From positions 15,364 through 79,363 of IMG/VR virus record IMGVR_UViG_3300020036_002473: a stretch of 64,000 nucleotides of DNA, one strand, 5' to 3'. Below are positions 58,303 through 64,000 of this stretch, piece by piece. The notes under the pieces are model-generated. The model made no database searches. It was not told the origin of the DNA and saw nothing but the letters and a program-made list of their open reading frames with translations. Position 1 is the stretch's first letter. Each line of letters opens with the position of its first letter. This DNA is from a virus (taxonomy: Duplodnaviria; Caudoviricetes). Made by a program: the position numbers and the translations under genes.

Positions 58303-58482
58303 ATGGCTTTAGTGACTTTGACAGAGCAAGAGATTAAACTTATTTTTGATAGCTGGGCAAAAGACTTCAATTCAAATCCAGATACCTTCAATGCACTTGG
58401 GGTGTATGAAGCAGATTATGGGGATAGTTGTACGGAGTATTTTCTGACAACTTATAACAAAATTAAACAAGGAGAAAACTAA

Positions 58483-58740
58483 ATGGAATTAAACGGAAAG
58501 CAACAAGAAGTATTAAAACAATTTCGCTCTGAATGGGGTAGTCTGCAAGAAGCAGTAGACTCTGCTAAATCACAACAGAAAGAATTGTTTGAAAGCTTGT
58601 GGGAAGCATTAGCTTGGGAGAAGAAAGAACGAGGGGATGATATTAAGGCTGTGAAGGCTGGCTTTATGTTGTATTATAAAGACAATGCTAAAGAGGCTGA
58701 GCAGCATGTAGGAGATGCTGTGGAAATTGCCGCATTGTAG
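58483..58740 (+). CDS. Possible T4 DsbA-like dsDNA-binding protein
   Basis: Helical, LYYKDN resembles DsbA LYHKDN (recalled comparison). Confidence 0.4.
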   Translation: MELNGKQQEVLKQFRSEWGSLQEAVDSAKSQQKELFESLWEALAWEKKERGDDIKAVKAGFMLYYKDNAKEAEQHVGDAVEIAAL

Positions 58741-58781
58741 CCAATGCGTCTTGCGCAGGATTGTGATAAATTGTAGATAGC

Positions 58782-58811
58782 AAAAAGCCAGCCCTTATAG
58801 CGAGGGCTGGC
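58782..58811 (-). terminator. Terminator between convergent operons
   Basis: GCCAGCCCT/AGGGCTGGC stem with minus-strand U-tract. Confidence 0.75.
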
Positions 58812-58908
58812 AAAGCTATGTGAGGGAGGCATAGCTGAATTATATTATTTTAATTGTTATTCTTTATCAGAATATTTTTAACTGGCGTTAAAATGTCCAT
58901 AACATTCG

Positions 58909-59547
58909 TCAGAATGTAAAGCCAACACGAGCTGTATACACTTCACCAACAACAGGGAGGCTTACTACTTCAGCCCCTAACCTAATTCTTCCTACATCCC
59001 TCTCTACCCACAAGCCCTTAACTTCTAGCGTATTATAACTCATCCCAACAGCCCACTTCTTAGCCTCTTTAGGAATTGTAATGTCGCGCACAGGAATATC
59101 AATTCCTCCCACAATGTCTCCATTAGGACTGTATGCTTCCACCCTCTGTTGCTTGTCTTTATCAAGGATTAAAGCGAGAGAAATGTCAATTGGAGGGCAT
59201 AGCTCATCCAAGGAAGTTTCGCCAGAAACACCCCCTACTTTCCCTTCTACATTAGTAGTTTGTATGCCTTCTTGTGTGGGCTGTGCTGGAAGCTTCTTCT
59301 GTTTTACAGAGAACTTAACAAGTCTCTCTAGCGTAGCCCCTTTAGGCAAAGGCATGTCAGCTTTAGCCTCTTTATCAGGTTGTTTGGCTAGTATCTTTGT
59401 ATTGGGGTTTACGACCACTTCGCCAGCAGAATGTTGCACAACAACTTCAGGTTTGTTGTCAAACATCTTATAACCAATATAAATTCCAGATAGACATGAC
59501 AGGCACAATAAGATTGATGCAAGGATAAGTTTAATTTGCATTGTCAT
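58909..59547 (-). CDS. Candidate spanin
   Basis: N-terminal TM segment, last gene of lysis cassette, beta-strand C-terminus ending in F. Confidence 0.45.
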   Translation of the reverse strand: MTMQIKLILASILLCLSCLSGIYIGYKMFDNKPEVVVQHSAGEVVVNPNTKILAKQPDKEAKADMPLPKGATLERLVKFSVKQKKLPAQPTQEGIQTTNVEGKVGGVSGETSLDELCPPIDISLALILDKDKQQRVEAYSPNGDIVGGIDIPVRDITIPKEAKKWAVGMSYNTLEVKGLWVERDVGRIRLGAEVVSLPVVGEVYTARVGFTF

Positions 59548-59752
59548 TCTTATTATTCCCTTCCCTATATTGGGGATAGACATAAAGGATTAGCCCAATC
59601 ACTCCTGTAATCCCACCAACAATAACACTAAGCTGCTCTGTTGTGATATGCACACCAAAGGCTGCTAGAATAATTGCGCAGCCAGCCCACGATGTTGGCT
59701 CTTTCAGCCTATTTAGCAAATAGCTAATTATTCTTCTTGTCTTAGCTTTCAT
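59531..59752 (-). CDS. Holin-like protein
   Basis: RLKEPTSWAG, two TM segments, charged C-tail. Confidence 0.6.
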   Translation of the reverse strand: MKAKTRRIISYLLNRLKEPTSWAGCAIILAAFGVHITTEQLSVIVGGITGVIGLILYVYPQYREGNNKNDNAN

Positions 59753-59864
59753 TCTTCCTCCCAAGGCTTTTTAGCCTCGTCCCTCTTTGCTTGTCCGTCT
59801 AAATATGTAATTAGGTAAGCAGCCCCTACAACATAGACACACATTAGTACAAATATGAGAAACA

Positions 59865-60455
59865 TTATTTCTCTCCAAGGATTGTCTTGACAAATGCTTC
59901 TGCTACAAGATATTTCTTTGCTTGATAGTTGGCAAGCTCCTTGTCATTGCTAATAAAGCACACTTCAACAATTGTCCCTCCAGCCATTACATAGCCTAAG
60001 CGAGAATGCTGTGAATGTGTTTGTGTAATAAACCCTTTATCACCCCTCACCTTTGTTCCAAGTACCCCAGCAATGGCTTGGCTAATCTTCTGGGACATTG
60101 TTACGTCACGAGGCTGGGAGATTGTCTCTACACCACATGCTCCTTTGTTCTCAGCAGCGTTGAAATGGAATTCATAAGCAATTCGGTTAGGAATAAGCTT
60201 AATAGCTTTAGCTAAAGGTTGATTCTCTGAGCCTTCCCCATCTGTGATTACATTCTTAACACCACGCTCTTTTAGCTTCTTAACAACAATGTTTCTCAGC
60301 TCTGTCACTAATTGAGCTTCTGTAACCTTCCCATTAACAGCACCACAATCTGTATTACTGTGTCCTGCTGAAATCAAATAGGCTTTCTTGTAGCTTTCTG
60401 GCAACTCGGCTTCAGCCAATTCAATTTCTTCTTGTTTTAATTCTGTATTAGACAT
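59865..60455 (-). CDS. Endolysin, N-acetylmuramoyl-L-alanine amidase (Amidase_3)
   Basis: SAGH...EAQL, EFHFNA, VEVCFISN. Confidence 0.9.
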   Translation of the reverse strand: MSNTELKQEEIELAEAELPESYKKAYLISAGHSNTDCGAVNGKVTEAQLVTELRNIVVKKLKERGVKNVITDGEGSENQPLAKAIKLIPNRIAYEFHFNAAENKGACGVETISQPRDVTMSQKISQAIAGVLGTKVRGDKGFITQTHSQHSRLGYVMAGGTIVEVCFISNDKELANYQAKKYLVAEAFVKTILGEK

Positions 60456-60493
60456 ACTTTCCCTCATATGTTGTTTATTTTAATTTGTTTATG

Positions 60494-60787
60494 TCAGTCG
60501 TGAACAATTGTATGGCCTAAGCCTTCACTTCTCATCCACTTATAATGGTCTTGTACTTTTCTACTACTTAATATCACCATCCCTAAAGGAAGCAATAAGC
60601 TCATTCCAATAGCAAACGGGTCAAATGTCAATATTGCAATTACAGCTGCAACAGCTCCTACACGTTTAAATGTGTAGGCTGCTCTAATTCCATTACAATG
60701 CCTGTTTGTAAGCTTGTTAATCTGTTCCGTATATCTGTAAGCTAGGTAAGCAAAGTATGTGGCTATGAGAATATAAACGATTAACAT
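60494..60787 (-). CDS. Membrane protein in lysis cassette
   Basis: Three hydrophobic segments. Confidence 0.6.
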   Translation of the reverse strand: MLIVYILIATYFAYLAYRYTEQINKLTNRHCNGIRAAYTFKRVGAVAAVIAILTFDPFAIGMSLLLPLGMVILSSRKVQDHYKWMRSEGLGHTIVHD

Positions 60788-60789
60788 GA

Positions 60790-61149
60790 TTATTTGTCCG
60801 TATTGTTTTTATTAACGCTGCTGTCAATTTTCTTGACGAATATGTTTGCTACACCTGAGAACATATCTCCAGAATTCAATGTAAGCCATTTAGCAAATGG
60901 GATACAAACAACAGAGATTATGAAGGCTGTAAACATATACATTCCACTAGGGAAGCTAAATCCCCACATTACTGCTAAGGCTGAAATTGTTACAAAGCCC
61001 ATATACACACACGACATTGTGAAGATGAACATTACTATCCTCATCCATAAAGGCATATGCTCATAACGGCTCTGCACCCATCCAGAGCCTAACAATGCAC
61101 CTAAAAGTGGTGGAGTTATTTGTGAGATAATTGTGGCACTTGTTGGCAT
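60790..61149 (-). CDS. Holin-like membrane protein
   Basis: Three TM segments upstream of endolysin. Confidence 0.55.
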   Translation of the reverse strand: MPTSATIISQITPPLLGALLGSGWVQSRYEHMPLWMRIVMFIFTMSCVYMGFVTISALAVMWGFSFPSGMYMFTAFIISVVCIPFAKWLTLNSGDMFSGVANIFVKKIDSSVNKNNTDK

Positions 61150-61219
61150 TGCTAGGCTTTCCTAATTGGTTATGTGGCTGCTGCTTCATCTCGTAGGATA
61201 TGCGCTACAGAGTCACACA

Positions 61220-61411
61220 TTAGCAGGCCCCGCGCTTAAGTATCCGTTTAGTCATTTTGCTTTTTCTCCGCTTCTATATCGCCGTTTTTGTACAGATAAC
61301 TTTTTGCAACACCCTCAAACACCGTTTTGACAAACGTGGATAACAGAGCAGCAATGCCAATCACCAGCAAAACAAAAATTTATTCAAAAACGCTAAGACG
61401 CGATCAGTCAT
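61220..61411 (-). pseudogene. Frameshifted holin-like remnant plus truncated start of next donor gene
   Basis: MTDRVLAFLNK then, in a shifted frame, FVLLVIGIAALLSTFVKTVFEG...KKQND*, overlapped by MTKRILKRGAC*. Confidence 0.5.
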
Positions 61412-61434
61412 TTAAAATCCAGTTCAATGAGCGT

Positions 61435-61455
61435 AAAAACCCGCCGAAGCGGGTT
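61435..61455 (-). terminator. Terminator after tailspike
   Basis: AACCCGC-TTCG-GCGGGTT then TTT. Confidence 0.8.
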
Positions 61456-61467
61456 ATTAGTTTTTCA

Positions 61468-63606
61468 CTACAGCGTTAGCCCATTGCAGCCAGTCATTAC
61501 AAACGAACCACCGGTTAAGTCGGTTGGGATAGTGTTGCCGTTTCCGTTTAACCCAATGCCAGTGCAGCGGGTAAATGTTGCCGTTCCTTTGGCAAACCCT
61601 TTAGAAAAACCCTCCACCCTTCCTGGACCAAAATACCCGTCCACATTTGCCCCGTTAAACTGCACCCCGATTTCAATAGAGTCAGGTCCAACTAATTGGA
61701 AAGCATGAATGCCGAAACGAGCGCTGGAATCGATGTAAACTGTTCCTGCTGGATTTCTATATCCTGATGTCGCGATTTTCAGCACATCCCATCCTCCACA
61801 GTCAGATTGGAAAACACGCGTTGACACGGGAGAAGGTGACTCGCAATGTAGCGAACCGATAACAGAGCCAAGAATGGACGGGTTGCTGAGATGAACAACA
61901 GGATTAGTGCTAGATGAACCAGAGTTGATTGCATGTAAGTCAGTGATATTTACCCGTCCACGAGCCTGCAAGACTCGGTTTGTGTGGTTTATAACCTCAT
62001 ATCGGCGAATGCTTACGTCTGCCGTCGTTTCAGTCCATAGAGCCGCATTTGCTCCAATGTCCAACATGCGGAGAGTGTCAATTGAAATACGGCTTCCGGT
62101 TGATGCGCCTACAGCTCGAAGGGCGAACTCATCAGAACTCACCCCAGCAGGATCGAGCCTGATCTCCATTAACCCAATAGTTACATTGCAGCGGACAGAA
62201 TCAGCCACACGGTCGCCAAAGTTAATACCAGAACGCCTGACGTTGTTGGCAAACCATGCGCCAATATGGATGCCATGCCTATCTTTACCAAAATAGTCAG
62301 AGCCAGTTTCGTCAACAACAGCCTGAACCAATTCATACCCACGAGACCCCGCTGGATTTTGGCTGGTGCGTAAAACACCAATTTCCATATCCCAAGCGCG
62401 GTTAGGCCAAAACGCTTTTACCTGTTGCGATTGTGTCACCCCGTCCGAGTCTTGCAACGTACCGGTATAAACCCCACGCGCGAAACCATCAATCCGCAAC
62501 TCTCCAAAACGATGTCCGCCCCCAGTGATATACGCGCCGTGGCAGTCACTATCTTTGATCCAGCAATAATCGATTTTGATGTTTGACGGGTTCCATGCGT
62601 TCCCATCGATGGCGAGAGCTGCGTCGGTATTTGAGCCGCCTGCGTCATCAATAATCAGTTCTTTAATGTACAGATTATCGGTTCCAACATACAGGTGTGC
62701 GCCGCGACAGGTAGTGCTAGGGTATGCACTGTGTTGAGTGGGGTCTGACTTAACCCATACCCGCTCCACGTAGCAGTCTTTTGCATTGATTGTCCCAAAG
62801 CGGTCGGTGGTCGTTAATCGCCCGGTGATAGTCACGTTTTTAATCGGGCGTTGATTTACTCCGGCACCATAACTAACAGTGCCAGATTCATTGGCCCCAG
62901 TTTGCGGATAGGTGAATGAGCTTGCGCCTGTAACCGTAATAGTGAAGTCGTCACCGTTGAAGCCGGTAGAGCCTGGTCCAGTGTTGTACACGTTGCGAAT
63001 CTGTACGCGCTGCCCAGTTAAATACCCGTGAGGGGTTGACGTTGTGACGCTAACAACATTAGAAGCCCGTGATATGGTGCTAATTGCTGCCGTGGTTGGA
63101 TACGGGTCAGAGATAAGATGGAAAACACCCCCAATAATTGCGCCATCTTCAAAGTGAAAACTAAGCCCAGAATAGTTGCTATCAATGTTAATGCTGGTGG
63201 CGTAGTAACCGCGTGGCCAAACCACGGTTTTAGTTAGTGAGGCGTCTAGCATTCCAGTCCATGCGGCACCGCCCACACCCTCCCAATTGGTTACACCATC
63301 AGGAACAATCCCGAAATCAGTCACACTTACGCGCTGTCTGGCCTTTTCCTTGTTGATAAACCCCTGAACAGTTGTGAAGATCGAGCCACCCGCCCCATCG
63401 TCTGCGCTAATAGAAGAGTTAGTTATTGTCACACCATTCAATGTTCCACCAGTAATAGCTACAGCATTAGCGTTTTGAGTTGATATAGTGCCTTTAGCAT
63501 TAGCGTCCGTTGCTAAAGAGCCAATATCGTTTCTTACAAGATTTAAATTATTTATATAATCTATATCACCTGCTGCGAATGTGTGACTTGTTGGAGTTAT
63601 CGCCAT
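61468..63606 (-). CDS. Tailspike or tail fibre with beta-helix (pectate-lyase-like) body
   Basis: VSVTDFGIVPDG start of beta-helix region, small beta-sandwich insert (TTSTPHGY), Gly/Ser/Thr rich. Confidence 0.8.
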   Translation of the reverse strand: MAITPTSHTFAAGDIDYINNLNLVRNDIGSLATDANAKGTISTQNANAVAITGGTLNGVTITNSSISADDGAGGSIFTTVQGFINKEKARQRVSVTDFGIVPDGVTNWEGVGGAAWTGMLDASLTKTVVWPRGYYATSINIDSNYSGLSFHFEDGAIIGGVFHLISDPYPTTAAISTISRASNVVSVTTSTPHGYLTGQRVQIRNVYNTGPGSTGFNGDDFTITVTGASSFTYPQTGANESGTVSYGAGVNQRPIKNVTITGRLTTTDRFGTINAKDCYVERVWVKSDPTQHSAYPSTTCRGAHLYVGTDNLYIKELIIDDAGGSNTDAALAIDGNAWNPSNIKIDYCWIKDSDCHGAYITGGGHRFGELRIDGFARGVYTGTLQDSDGVTQSQQVKAFWPNRAWDMEIGVLRTSQNPAGSRGYELVQAVVDETGSDYFGKDRHGIHIGAWFANNVRRSGINFGDRVADSVRCNVTIGLMEIRLDPAGVSSDEFALRAVGASTGSRISIDTLRMLDIGANAALWTETTADVSIRRYEVINHTNRVLQARGRVNITDLHAINSGSSSTNPVVHLSNPSILGSVIGSLHCESPSPVSTRVFQSDCGGWDVLKIATSGYRNPAGTVYIDSSARFGIHAFQLVGPDSIEIGVQFNGANVDGYFGPGRVEGFSKGFAKGTATFTRCTGIGLNGNGNTIPTDLTGGSFVMTGCNGLTL

Positions 63607-64000
63607 TATGTTTCCTCAATTGTAAATGTTGTTGCACCAGCATTAGTGTAGTCTGTCCACACCATATCATTTATTGCTGTATTTTTTGCCACCATAGAAA
63701 AATCTCTCTCATTCGTTCCGCCAACACTCGGAAGAACACTTACGAAAAAGTCTTTTCTCTTTCCGATAGTTCTCTGAAACTCAAAGAATGCAGTCCGGTC
63801 TTGCTCTGTTGATCTGTCAAGAGAGAATTTAGCTACCCTGAAACTTCCCTCTGGGGATATGTCTGTTCGCAGACTCCCTCCACCAGTGCGGTATTGGGAA
63901 GAATTATCCTCCCACTTCCAAGCGAAGCCATACTCAATATTATTCAGTGGCGAGAGTATTGGGCCGACAGCCAATCTGGAGGCATCCCAGTAACCGTTTG
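63606..64000 (-). CDS. Tail protein, C-terminal part (runs off window)
   Basis: Frame open to window edge (GYWDASRLAVG); coupled to tailspike. Confidence 0.65.
   Translation of the reverse strand, partial: NGYWDASRLAVGPILSPLNNIEYGFAWKWEDNSSQYRTGGGSLRTDISPEGSFRVAKFSLDRSTEQDRTAFFEFQRTIGKRKDFFVSVLPSVGGTNERDFSMVAKNTAINDMVWTDYTNAGATTFTIEET

Noticed and set aside
58289-58486. Identical 18-bp AAGGAGAAAACTAAATGG at two successive gene starts
   Set aside because: Mostly RBS, stop and start consensus; at most a minor recombination hotspot
61334-61342. DnaA-box-like TTATCCACG
   Set aside because: Single imperfect box inside the holin remnant
61360-61395. Programmed frameshift rescuing the holin remnant
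   Set aside because: No in-frame X XXY YYZ slippery heptamer; decay is simpler
73-63812. Many opposite-strand ORFs in the supplied track (e.g. 49903-50400, 59081-59473, 61907-62296)
   Set aside because: Shadows of well-supported genes; no RBS or motifs

Overview
A 64-kb segment of a lytic tailed dsDNA phage; the lysis genes and a PagP-like gene point to a Gram-negative host, probably a proteobacterium. From left to right: partial portal and large terminase (minus strand); two tRNAs next to an unexplained structured RNA; a rightward block with an N4/N6 DNA methyltransferase, PhoH, a ClpP-like protease, a PcfJ-like protein and a compact polymerase-palm protein; a 4.4-kb mostly non-coding, repeat-rich island with leftward early-type micro-genes (about 14.8-19.2 kb); a leftward block with a dNMP kinase; stand-alone SGNH hydrolase and PagP-like genes; a long rightward replication and nucleotide-metabolism region (RNA ligase, DNA ligase, ThyX, primase-helicase, family A polymerase, SSB, exonuclease, NrdB/NrdA, C5 methyltransferase, NrdD); then a leftward lysis cassette and a tailspike that appears recently swapped. 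nrdA has an ORF-less group I intron; nrdD has both a LAGLIDADG intein and a second group I intron. Best leads: the PagP-like outer-membrane acyltransferase with catalytic residues intact, the 422-aa accessory polymerase-like protein, a dispersed 60-bp intergenic element, and the structured RNA upstream of terL. All calls come from manual motif and pattern reading; no searches, folding or statistics were run.
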